Below, in pieces: positions 17,068 through 25,563 of a DNA stretch of 64,000 bases. Below the pieces are notes generated by a model. The model saw only the letters and a program-made list of their open reading frames with translations. It ran no database searches and was not told where the DNA came from. The position numbers were made by a program, and so were the translations under genes. The stretch comes from a virus, in the IMG/VR virus record IMGVR_UViG_3300044981_000204, positions 1-64,000 of that record; one strand, 5' to 3'. The stretch's first letter is position 1. Each line of letters begins with the position of its first letter.

Positions 17068-20012
17068 AAGTCCTCAGCATATTATTCTTCAGCGTGCTAG
17101 CAGGCGCTCAGGGATTCGTAGTAGAGAACTTCTCTGGCGGAGTAAACGGCACGAACCCAACGGCCACGCAAATTGCCAAGGGCTACTTCGGCTCACTAAG
17201 CGGGATTAATGACAATAGTGCGTGTAACTTGGCATCATCCTCTACCAAGTGCCTTGACATCGGGTCCAACAACAACAGTTTCACCGCGATCAGTCTCACA
17301 AACACGTGGCGTTGCTCGGACGGCATTCCCTCCAACAGCGGCGGCTCCTCTGCGCTGTACTTCGACTATGACGGCTCAGTCGGTGGTGGTCATCAGAACA
17401 TTTATATAGGTTTTGAACTTCCCAGTTCGGACAACGGCGGCAGCGCGGTCCAGATGTTAGTCGAGTGGACTTGCATCCCCACGTTGATGACCAACAGCGG
17501 CACAATTGACGATGCGACGATCACCGGTACCGGAACGAGCGCGCTGTCCAACCTAGTGTTCTCTGGCGGCACGGGGCATTATCGGCTGGAAGGAACCTGC
17601 GGGCAAAACGGCTGGCCAGCGGGAGACTGCGACATACCGGCTCCGATCAACACGACCTTTCAGCTCGCCGTCTATCTCCCGATCAAGGGCGCGTGCAGCG
17701 GCACGATCAACACGATTGCGGATGCGGTCGCCGCGAGTTGCATTATCATTGCGACCTACGACAGAACCGGTAGTTTGCTCGGGTTCGCCTACAAGTCCAC
17801 GGGAGGCACCCCTGGAACGGCGTGCAGCGGTACTTGCCAGCCGACCGGCTTCACAATGGGTGATCTCAACGGCGCCATCACGTCAAGCGGGCACATCCAG
17901 CACGCGAACCTGAAGATGTGTCAGGTTGGCTGCACATCCTCTCAATTTCCGTTGCTTGAAACCCCAGTTCCATTATGGGACGGAATTATCACGCCGCCGC
18001 GCGCCACGGACTGGACGCAAGCCGGAATCTCGGGTGGAATCCCGTCTGGCAGTTGGACGCAGTGCGGCAGCACGTTGGCGGCGGGTTCCTATAACGGCTC
18101 GACGATCACTACCACGCTCGCCGGATGTGGAGCGAACACATACTACCTTCTCGGATCAGGTACGTTCAATGTTAGTGGCGCGATTCAACTACCCACTGCC
18201 GGGCATGTGGAGTTGAGAGGATCGGGATCGAACTCGACCTTTCTCGTGATGAGCGGAACCATCGCCACGTGCGGGCAGGTAGCGAGCGCGGTTTGCATGG
18301 TGAGTTCCGATACGACATACTCACAGACGCCTCCGGCCAATACGTTTACGTGGACAGCGGGGTTCGCACAATCCAGCACTTCAGTGACGCTCTCTACCTT
18401 AGCTGGATCTGGTCCGACGGCGATCAGCACGACAAACCCCACGCTAATCTGGTTCGACCAGTGCGACACGGGTTATAGCGGCGTAGCGTGTGCTACGGGA
18501 AATGCCACCGATAATTCGCAGATGTACGTCTGCGGCGACACCTATAACGCCACTGGTCCGCATGGCTGCTCAGCGAACGGCGGCGGAAGCGGGGCGCGTC
18601 CGCATCGTGACCAGCTTGAGGTTCACATCGCAACTGCCGTCAACACGGGAACAGGTGTTGTAACGCTGGCCACGCCGATCATTGGACCAAACTGGGTGTC
18701 GGGGCAGAACCCGCAGGCGTGGCTGGTCAATCCAGCGACCCAACTCGGAGTGAGCAATCTGTCCATCGACCCGAGTGGAGCGACGAGCGGAGGTACAGGC
18801 AAGGCGTGCGTAGACGGATTCAACCTTTACCAATTCTGGGTCTCGCAGGTCCGGTGCATCAATCCTAACAACCGTGGTATCAACATCGCCGAGTCGGCCT
18901 CTGGGATCGTTGTCAGCAATTACGTTTATGGCACAACAGGGACGCAGCCGTCAATCTACGGAATCCGCATGAACGGGGTTGGACTAGTTCGTGTCGAGAA
19001 CAACATCCTGCAACAGTCAGGCCCGATCTTTCACGACGGCGCAGCTTCTGGTAACGTAATCGCCTACAATTTTTGCCAGAACGGTTCTTCGTTCATCGAC
19101 CCGAGCAATGCGCTTACCGCGTGCATCACGGACCACGCCTACGACTATTTCAATCTGTTTGAGGGAAATGTAGTCAATCAAGTCGGCAGTGACGATATCC
19201 ATGCATCAGCCGACATGGAGACGCGCTTTCGGAACTTCCTAACTGGCTGGGATTCAGTTCCAAGTGCCCCGATCACCAGCTTTACTAACTCCGTTGGAGA
19301 CTTTGCCTATGCCCGCTACGCGAACAACATTGCGAGCGTTATGGGCACCCCGACTTACCACACTGGCTATTCAGCAGCCTCAAACGCCCTGGACATCTAT
19401 TGGGAAGGCGGTGGCCCCGGTAGCGTTCCGACCGATAGCCTGACAAAATCCACATCAATCTTCTGGGGAAGCTACGACACAGTTACCGCGGCAGTTCGAT
19501 ATTGCGGAAATTCTACCGACACTGGATGGAGCACGACCTGTTCGAGCACAGCGGAGAGCGCATTCTCAGCGAGCACCTACCCCGGATTCGTCCCGGTCCT
19601 CGGTGACACCTCAGCGGGCCAAGACGCACTCCCGGCATCCCTTTATCTCAGCACCAAGCCCTCCTGGTGGTTTCCCCTTACGATCCCATTCCCAGCGGTC
19701 GGGCCCGACATCAGTAGCGGCAACGTTGGAGTGTGTTCGGGAACCATTAACACGGTGGGGCACTATTCGGGAGTTCCAGCTACGGCCAACGGTCAATGCA
19801 CTGGGACTTCCTTGATGGCGAGCGCTTGGGGTGGACACGTAAACGCGATCCCGGCGATGAACTGCTACCTCAACACGATGTCGGGTCCGCCAGATGGAAG
19901 CGGGAGTGCCCTTAGCTTCGACGCGGGCATCTGCTACGCCGGCACCAATGCAGCAGGCGGCAGCACCGCGGGCGGCTCCGTCACAATCAGCGGCAGCGCT
20001 CAGGTACACTAA
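17064..20012 (+). CDS. Secreted right-handed beta-helix (pectin-lyase-like) protein, Cys-rich
   Basis: ATG 17064 with ATGA coupling; signal peptide; DWTQAGISGGIP, VELRGSG, VENNI, GNVIAYN and NLFEGN beta-helix motifs. Confidence 0.75.
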   Translation: MKVLSILFFSVLAGAQGFVVENFSGGVNGTNPTATQIAKGYFGSLSGINDNSACNLASSSTKCLDIGSNNNSFTAISLTNTWRCSDGIPSNSGGSSALYFDYDGSVGGGHQNIYIGFELPSSDNGGSAVQMLVEWTCIPTLMTNSGTIDDATITGTGTSALSNLVFSGGTGHYRLEGTCGQNGWPAGDCDIPAPINTTFQLAVYLPIKGACSGTINTIADAVAASCIIIATYDRTGSLLGFAYKSTGGTPGTACSGTCQPTGFTMGDLNGAITSSGHIQHANLKMCQVGCTSSQFPLLETPVPLWDGIITPPRATDWTQAGISGGIPSGSWTQCGSTLAAGSYNGSTITTTLAGCGANTYYLLGSGTFNVSGAIQLPTAGHVELRGSGSNSTFLVMSGTIATCGQVASAVCMVSSDTTYSQTPPANTFTWTAGFAQSSTSVTLSTLAGSGPTAISTTNPTLIWFDQCDTGYSGVACATGNATDNSQMYVCGDTYNATGPHGCSANGGGSGARPHRDQLEVHIATAVNTGTGVVTLATPIIGPNWVSGQNPQAWLVNPATQLGVSNLSIDPSGATSGGTGKACVDGFNLYQFWVSQVRCINPNNRGINIAESASGIVVSNYVYGTTGTQPSIYGIRMNGVGLVRVENNILQQSGPIFHDGAASGNVIAYNFCQNGSSFIDPSNALTACITDHAYDYFNLFEGNVVNQVGSDDIHASADMETRFRNFLTGWDSVPSAPITSFTNSVGDFAYARYANNIASVMGTPTYHTGYSAASNALDIYWEGGGPGSVPTDSLTKSTSIFWGSYDTVTAAVRYCGNSTDTGWSTTCSSTAESAFSASTYPGFVPVLGDTSAGQDALPASLYLSTKPSWWFPLTIPFPAVGPDISSGNVGVCSGTINTVGHYSGVPATANGQCTGTSLMASAWGGHVNAIPAMNCYLNTMSGPPDGSGSALSFDAGICYAGTNAAGGSTAGGSVTISGSAQVH

Positions 20013-20016
20013 CCAT

Positions 20017-20136
20017 ATGCGAATCCTTCTCACCATCCTCGCACTCGCCGCTGGCCTCGCGGCACAGGACACGACCAGCGGAAAACTATCAGCATCAGGT
20101 GTTGGCACGGTGACAATAACTCGCCATGCTCATTGA
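20017..20136 (+). CDS. 39-aa signal-peptide ORF, possibly a truncated remnant
   Basis: MRILLTILALAAGLAA-QD followed by a short tail ending at an AT-rich junction. Confidence 0.45.
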   Translation: MRILLTILALAAGLAAQDTTSGKLSASGVGTVTITRHAH

Positions 20137-20255
20137 GACTTATTTCTCATATCCACATTTCGAAAATAGATAATCTTGAAGATTCGTCATCTGTAATTTT
20201 CCTATGTACTATGGTTCGTGCTTCGTGATATAGTGTTCTTGGAGGTTCGAGAGCT

Positions 20256-20600
20256 ATGGCATATAGGAGGAGTGTTCGTATTGCTGCCCGAGAGGCGATG
20301 CAGAAGTTCAACTACGACCCCCTGGATGTATTGGTGCAGTTTGCTCAGCTTGAGACGACCAACCAAGACACCAAGCTCGAGATTGCTCAAACGCTCTTGC
20401 CGTACATGTATCCTAAGCTCTCAAACGTGACCATGGACGCTGAGGTGTCGGTCAACGAGAGGTCCGACAACCAAGCGGCGCTTCTTAGGCGCATCCTTGA
20501 GAATCCGGAACTTGCAGACGCTGCCCAGCGACTCAGCATAGCGGCGGCTGAGGCCTCCCTTGAGTTGGATAGCTCAAGCGTCGGTGGTATGATTCAGTAG
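20256..20600 (+). CDS. terS: Putative terminase small subunit
   Basis: Lies upstream of terL; DPLDVLVQFA...LLPYMYPKLS pattern recalled from phage TerS-like proteins. Confidence 0.55.
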   Translation: MAYRRSVRIAAREAMQKFNYDPLDVLVQFAQLETTNQDTKLEIAQTLLPYMYPKLSNVTMDAEVSVNERSDNQAALLRRILENPELADAAQRLSIAAAEASLELDSSSVGGMIQ

Positions 20601-20615
20601 AAAGGAGAAAACAAG

Positions 20616-20804
20616 GTGGACGAGAAACAATTCCTTGAGTCGTTCGTTCGACTCACGTTGAACTACTTCAAGAAGCACGGCGACGTGCACGACTTCGATG
20701 CGGCGGACGACCTCTTGGCGCAGATGGATGTGCTGTTTCCTAAGTCAGAAGCAGTTCCTGTGCCGGTGGTCGAGGGTGAGCAAGAACCTGCTGCTGAGCA
20801 GTGA
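20616..20804 (+). CDS. Hypothetical protein
   Basis: 62 aa with AAAGGAG SD. Confidence 0.65.
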   Translation: MDEKQFLESFVRLTLNYFKKHGDVHDFDAADDLLAQMDVLFPKSEAVPVPVVEGEQEPAAEQ

Positions 20805-20859
20805 AAGACGAGGCTGATTGGGAAGTTCGTCCGAGCACCTTAATCTAGCCTAGGAGAGC

Positions 20860-20982
20860 ATGATCGAGGTTGGTCCCACCACTCAGATGATGATGGAGGG
20901 CGGACTTTTTTCGTCCGTTCTTTGGAAGGCTTCACCTGCGTCCATGGTTGTGCTTCTCTTTAGTGGAAAAAGCAATTCATGA
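20860..20982 (+). pseudogene. Truncated duplicate of the terL 5' end (40-aa leader ORF coupled to the endonuclease)
   Basis: MIEVGPTTQMMMEGGLFSSVLWKASPASM is 25/29 identical to the terL start at 21655; has an AGGAG SD; its TGA overlaps the endonuclease ATG (ATGA). Confidence 0.9.
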
Positions 20983-21662
20983 AAAAGTTTTTTTGTCGAA
21001 GTGATGTTTTTCAAGTGCTTACTCCTGAAGCTTGTTATTGGGCGGGAGTGTTGGCTTCAGATGGCTGTATTCGTATTAAGGGAAAAAACTCGCGAATAGT
21101 TGTATTGAAGGTCGATGATCGATCTTTGGTTGATTCATTCAAAAGTTTTCTTCAGTCTGAAGCAACAATCTTTTCGGGGGAAAGGTTTAATGGGAAGCAT
21201 TGGTACTTACTTCAAGTTTCTGATAGTCAGATTTTCTTTGACTTATGTACTCAGGGAATTGTCCCTAATAAGTCGTTGACTTTGAAAGTTTCTCAAAGAT
21301 TGGCCATGGACCGTGATTTTTGGCGAGGTGTCATGGATGGGGATGGTTGTCTTTGCATCAAGTCGAGTGGATACTTCTCCTTGCTGCTTTGCTCTGCTTC
21401 ATGGGATTTTATCCTTCAATTTAGTGATTTTCTTGGTAGTTTGGGAATTGTTCGTAAAATTACAGTTGATAGCCGTAAGCGTTCACCATTGTACAGTATT
21501 CAACTTTCTGGTTGGCAAGCTAGAACACTTGTTAAGGAGCTATACCGCGATTGTTGTATGGCTTTGGATAGGAAGTTGAGTATAGCTGAAGCAGTGATGG
21601 ATGCAAAAGGTGTACGGATGGTCGGCGTAACCGCTAAGGAGGAACTTGGGCATCATGATTGA
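20979..21662 (+). CDS. Free-standing double-motif LAGLIDADG homing endonuclease
   Basis: YWAGVLASDGCI and FWRGVMDGDGCL motifs, GIVPNKS, LDRK; visibly more AT-rich than the flanks. Confidence 0.9.
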   Translation: MKKFFCRSDVFQVLTPEACYWAGVLASDGCIRIKGKNSRIVVLKVDDRSLVDSFKSFLQSEATIFSGERFNGKHWYLLQVSDSQIFFDLCTQGIVPNKSLTLKVSQRLAMDRDFWRGVMDGDGCLCIKSSGYFSLLLCSASWDFILQFSDFLGSLGIVRKITVDSRKRSPLYSIQLSGWQARTLVKELYRDCCMALDRKLSIAEAVMDAKGVRMVGVTAKEELGHHD

Positions 21663-23325
21663 AGTCGGACCTACTACGCAAATGATGTTGGAGGATAGTA
21701 TGTTTTCATCTGTGCTTTGGAAGGCATCTCCTGCATCAATGGCCGTGAAATTGAGTGGTGGACAGTTTAAGACCTGGAATTATGTTCAGTTGTTGTCTAG
21801 GAAGTTGATTGATGTTGCAGTTGGTCGCTGTAGGCGATTGATAGTCGTGATGCCCCCGTGATCGCGTCATGGTAAATCAGAAATGGTCTCTAAGTGGTTT
21901 CCCGTGTGGTATTTGGAGACCTTCCAGGATAAGCGATTCATTTTAGCATCATACGAGATGGAGTTCGCGTCTAGGTGGGGGGCTAAGGCGAGGGACATAG
22001 TTGCTGAGAACCAGGACTTGTTAACATTGCGGTTTAAAGACAAGAATCCCGCTCGACATCACTGGGAGACAACAGCCGATGGTTCTATGGTGTGCGCAGG
22101 GGTTGGCGGCCCTCTTACCGGCAAAGGAGCCGATGTTTTAGTCATCGACGATCCGTGTAAGAACAGTGAGGAAGCTAACTCACTCACAATGAGGGAGAAA
22201 GCTTGGGATTGGTACACGTCGACCGCCAGGACAAGGTTGGAGCCCGGTGGTTCTATAGTGGTGATGTCCACTCGCTGGCATTCTGACGACTTAGTGGGTC
22301 GCCTCATCAATCCTGAGTTTTCTAGCAATAAGGGAGTAAGGGAGGAGTGGGAGGTGTTTTGTTTTCCTGCGTGTGCTGAACCGGAGTCTGAGAGGCACTA
22401 CCTCAACTTTGGCGCCAGGACCAATGACCTTAGGACCGGGGCTGTGTCTACGACTGCAGATCATAGGTCGAGGTCTATAAGGGACGTACTTGCTGAAGAA
22501 GCCAACCCAGAGTGGCGCGATATGTTAGGTCGCCGACGCGGACAGGCTTTGTGCCCCGATAGGTTCGACGAGGACGACCTGGCGAAGTTTCGCAGCGTTA
22601 GCCTTAGTGATTGGTTCGCAATGTATCAACAGCGCCCTGGGGATGAGGCCGATGAGGGGAACGTGTATCATCGGTTTGATGAAAAGACCCACTGCAGGCC
22701 GTTGAATCGCGAGGAAGGCATGCAGCTGTTTGTGGCGATGGACTTCAACGTCGACCCTATGTCGGTGCTGATTGGCCAGTACGACCGTGGTAGTGGGGTT
22801 CGTCAAATGGAGCGTTGCGAGTTCTTGGAGGAGCTTATACTTCCAAATAGCAACACCCCCTCCATGATGATGGAATTGCTGCAGCTGCTGAAGAAGTACC
22901 AGTACGGGTACACGCTTGAGGTTGAGGTGTATGGAGATGCTGCTGGTACCCAGAGGTCTTCGCAGAGCCAGAAGAGCAATTGGCAGATAGTTGCGGAGTA
23001 TTTCCAACTTGATGGAACCATACACTACGCCTTCCGTCGGCGCAAGGCAAACCCCATGATAGTGGACAGGGTCGGCGCAGTCAATACGATGCTTAAGTCG
23101 GCGGATGGCACCGTTAGGATGTGGGTAGATGACGTTAGGTGCCCCGAGTTGGTCAAGGACCTGAAAAAGGTTCGGTGGCAGGTTGATTCCGGAGGAAGTA
23201 GCACTGGACTCTTGGATAAGTCCGACAAGCGCCGAACGCACGTTAGTGACGCGGCAGGCTATGCTGTCGAGTACTTGTTCAGTTTGAGGGTTCGCGGCGG
23301 TGAGCGAAAAGGTATCTTACAATAG
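21655..23325 (+). CDS. terL: Terminase large subunit with in-frame TGA (21859-21861) inside the Walker A motif
   Basis: AAGGAGG SD and ATG 21655; LIVVMPP*SRHGKS, LTGKGADVLVIDDP (Walker B), STRWHSDDL, nuclease AMDFNVDP...HVSDAAGY. Both parts are in the same frame. Confidence 0.92.
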
Positions 23326-23341
23326 GATTTGGAGGTTTTCG

Positions 23342-23650
23342 ATGCTCTGGGTTGGACTTGGGAAGGTTGCCGTTGCTACTGCTGGAGTTCCAGTGCCTCT
23401 CAGCACCCTATACGCTCCCACGTTGAAGGTCAACACTGTGATGGTGACATACGACCCTGCTGATGGATCGTCGACCGTCATCGTGAAGGATAGGGCGGGA
23501 AACATCATGGCCAATATGTCCTCCGTGCAGGCGCCTCCAACCGTGTTTACTGCTCCTGGAGGAGACCAGTTGGACCTCCGCGATTTCCAAATAGACGTTG
23601 CTAGTGGGTCGAATGGCAAGGGGCCTACCGTTGCCCTGGGCATCAATTGA
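23342..23650 (+). CDS. Small hypothetical protein, possibly virion-associated
   Basis: GGAGG SD and ATG 23342. Confidence 0.65.
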   Translation: MLWVGLGKVAVATAGVPVPLSTLYAPTLKVNTVMVTYDPADGSSTVIVKDRAGNIMANMSSVQAPPTVFTAPGGDQLDLRDFQIDVASGSNGKGPTVALGIN

Positions 23651-23847
23651 CGATGGCGCAAAAGAAGTCGTACCAGTACAAGGCCGAGGTCGTAGACGAT
23701 CGCGGGCACCTCGATGACCCCGAATTTCTCGCCATGTTGAACAAGGAGGGAGCCGAGGGTTGGAAGCACAAGGAGGATCAGCCCAAGGGGTCGAGGCAGC
23801 TAGTGGTCTTGCTTGAGAGGGAAGTCCTGGTAGACGATGACAAATAA
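23647..23847 (+). CDS. DUF4177-like small protein
   Basis: YQYK...LNKEGAEGW...LLERE pattern. Confidence 0.55.
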   Translation: MTMAQKKSYQYKAEVVDDRGHLDDPEFLAMLNKEGAEGWKHKEDQPKGSRQLVVLLEREVLVDDDK

Positions 23848-24226
23848 GCTATTGATCAAGGTTGAGTTGATCGACCACGTTGACCAGCGGTATCCTACGG
23901 CCGGGGACTGGCAATATGACCAGGACGGGGTCCTTTGCGTGAGGGTCTCAAACACCGGCATTGAGCTGGATTCTATCTTGGTCGGCATCCACGAGGTTGT
24001 CGAGGCTGTCCTTTGCAAGGTGCACGGGGTCAGGGAGGCGGACGTTGATGCGTTCGACTCGACATTCGCAGGCGATGGTGAACCTGGTGAAGACCCGTTA
24101 GCCCCGTACAGGAATGAGCACGCCGTGGCAGATGTCGTGGAACGAGCGGTTGCTCAGGCGGCTGGGGTGCCATGGGCGGAGTACAACGACAGGGTGGAGG
24201 GTTTGTTCGTTAAGGAGGACCGTTGA
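23837..24226 (+). CDS. Hypothetical protein with HExxE putative metal-binding motif
   Basis: QRYPTAGDW, IHEVVEAVLC, EPGEDPLAPYRNEH; coupled to the PurD-like gene. Confidence 0.7.
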   Translation: MTNKLLIKVELIDHVDQRYPTAGDWQYDQDGVLCVRVSNTGIELDSILVGIHEVVEAVLCKVHGVREADVDAFDSTFAGDGEPGEDPLAPYRNEHAVADVVERAVAQAAGVPWAEYNDRVEGLFVKEDR

Positions 24227-25563
24227 AGTTCCTTATTGTTAGCAATGCAGCAGAGGGTGCCCACATTGGCAAGATCATTGCTAACGAGGGCAACGACGTT
24301 GAGCTCTACATCCGTGAGCCGGGCTACCGCCAGTGCTGGAACGGGCTCCTTCCCAAGGCGAAGAAGATCAACCCGAGCAAGGACACGGTCGTGATATTCG
24401 ATCAGAGCGGCATGGGGGCCGAGGCGGATAAGTTGAAGAAAGCAGGCCATTTCGTGGTGGGGGCGTCCAAGTGGGCCGACCGGCTCGAACACGACCGTGA
24501 GTTCGGGTTCGAGGTCATGGAACAGTGCGGCATAAAGTTTCCGTTCACTACCGAGTTCGACGACTTTGGTCGGGTGGGAGAATTCTTGAAGGAGAATGAC
24601 GAAGACGATGATGGGTGCCCGAGGAGGTTCGTCTTCAAGCCCGAGGGCGACGACCTGCCGGCCCACCTGACATATTGCTCCCTTGACAGCGAGGACTTGT
24701 TGAAGTACCTTGAGTACGTGAAGAAGAACTACTCCAAATCGGTAAAGAACTTCATACTTCAGGAGTTCGTCGAGGGATCCGTGGTTTCGTCGGAGATGTG
24801 GTCCGACGGGTCCCGGTTCATCCGACCCTCGAACCACACGGTTGAGGCGAAGAAGTTCATGGACGGGGACCTTGGTCCCGCCACTGGTTGCAGTGGCAAC
24901 TTGGTCTGGGTTGAGGACGGATCTTGCAGGATCGTGTCGAATGGCATACTTAAGCTTGAGGAATTGGCTGCTGAGGAAGGTCACGTTGGACCCTTGGACC
25001 TCAATGCGGTCGTGAACGATGAGGGAGTTTTTGGCCTCGAGTGGACTCCCCGCTTTGGTTATGCTGCCACCCCCACTCTGATGTTCCTCATGCACGATGG
25101 ATCAATAGGTAAGTTCTTTAGTGATCTAGCAAGAGGCCAGGTGTCGGGGGATATGCCGCTGCGTGACATGTTTGCGGCGGCAATAACAGTGTCCATACCT
25201 CCTTATCCCTTAGAGGCGCCTAGCGTTGAGGATGTCCAGAGGGTTAGGCCAAACGTCGGAATACCTATAAGGGGGTTGGACAATAAGAATGCTGGCTCAT
25301 TCTACTTCTACGAGGTGGAGGAGCAAGATGGTCAGCTGCTCCACTCGACCGGTTCAGGCGCCCTCGGCCTGGCCGTGGGCGTCGGTGAAACCCCCTGGGA
25401 GGCCTTCCGTGGACCTTGTCACGCCTTGGGGGAGTTGATGGTGCCGGAAAAGCAGTACCGAACGGACCTATGTGAGGTTCTATCGTGGCAGTACGAGATG
25501 GTTGAGCACCAGGACGCCATGTCCCTAGGGACTTTGCCTGGTGTTGAGCTTGGGGCGGATTGA
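24223..25563 (+). CDS. PurD (GAR synthetase)-like ATP-grasp ligase
   Basis: LEHDREFG, FVFKP, FILQEFVEG, E-KKFMDGDLGPATGCSG, GPLDLN, LEWTPRFGY. Confidence 0.8.
   Translation: MKFLIVSNAAEGAHIGKIIANEGNDVELYIREPGYRQCWNGLLPKAKKINPSKDTVVIFDQSGMGAEADKLKKAGHFVVGASKWADRLEHDREFGFEVMEQCGIKFPFTTEFDDFGRVGEFLKENDEDDDGCPRRFVFKPEGDDLPAHLTYCSLDSEDLLKYLEYVKKNYSKSVKNFILQEFVEGSVVSSEMWSDGSRFIRPSNHTVEAKKFMDGDLGPATGCSGNLVWVEDGSCRIVSNGILKLEELAAEEGHVGPLDLNAVVNDEGVFGLEWTPRFGYAATPTLMFLMHDGSIGKFFSDLARGQVSGDMPLRDMFAAAITVSIPPYPLEAPSVEDVQRVRPNVGIPIRGLDNKNAGSFYFYEVEEQDGQLLHSTGSGALGLAVGVGETPWEAFRGPCHALGELMVPEKQYRTDLCEVLSWQYEMVEHQDAMSLGTLPGVELGAD

Noticed and set aside
20979-21662. Group I intron or intein housing the LAGLIDADG ORF
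   Set aside because: The ORF abuts coding sequence on both sides with no room for a ribozyme core, has its own start and stop, shows no Cys/His-Asn intein ends, and terL restarts with its own SD.
21859-21861. Genome-wide TGA reassignment (code 4/25) as the explanation for the terL stop
   Set aside because: TGA terminates many genes here, often in ATGA overlaps; Trp is encoded by TGG; and read-through would leave two extra P-loop residues.
21883-23325. terL starting at ATG 21883 as in the ORF track
   Set aside because: It would omit the Walker A lysine and has no clear SD; the upstream in-frame segment is clearly terminase.
24223-25563. Calling the gene purD (purine auxiliary metabolic gene)
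   Set aside because: Divergent N-terminal substrate-binding region and a structural-module context; only the ATP-grasp similarity is supported.
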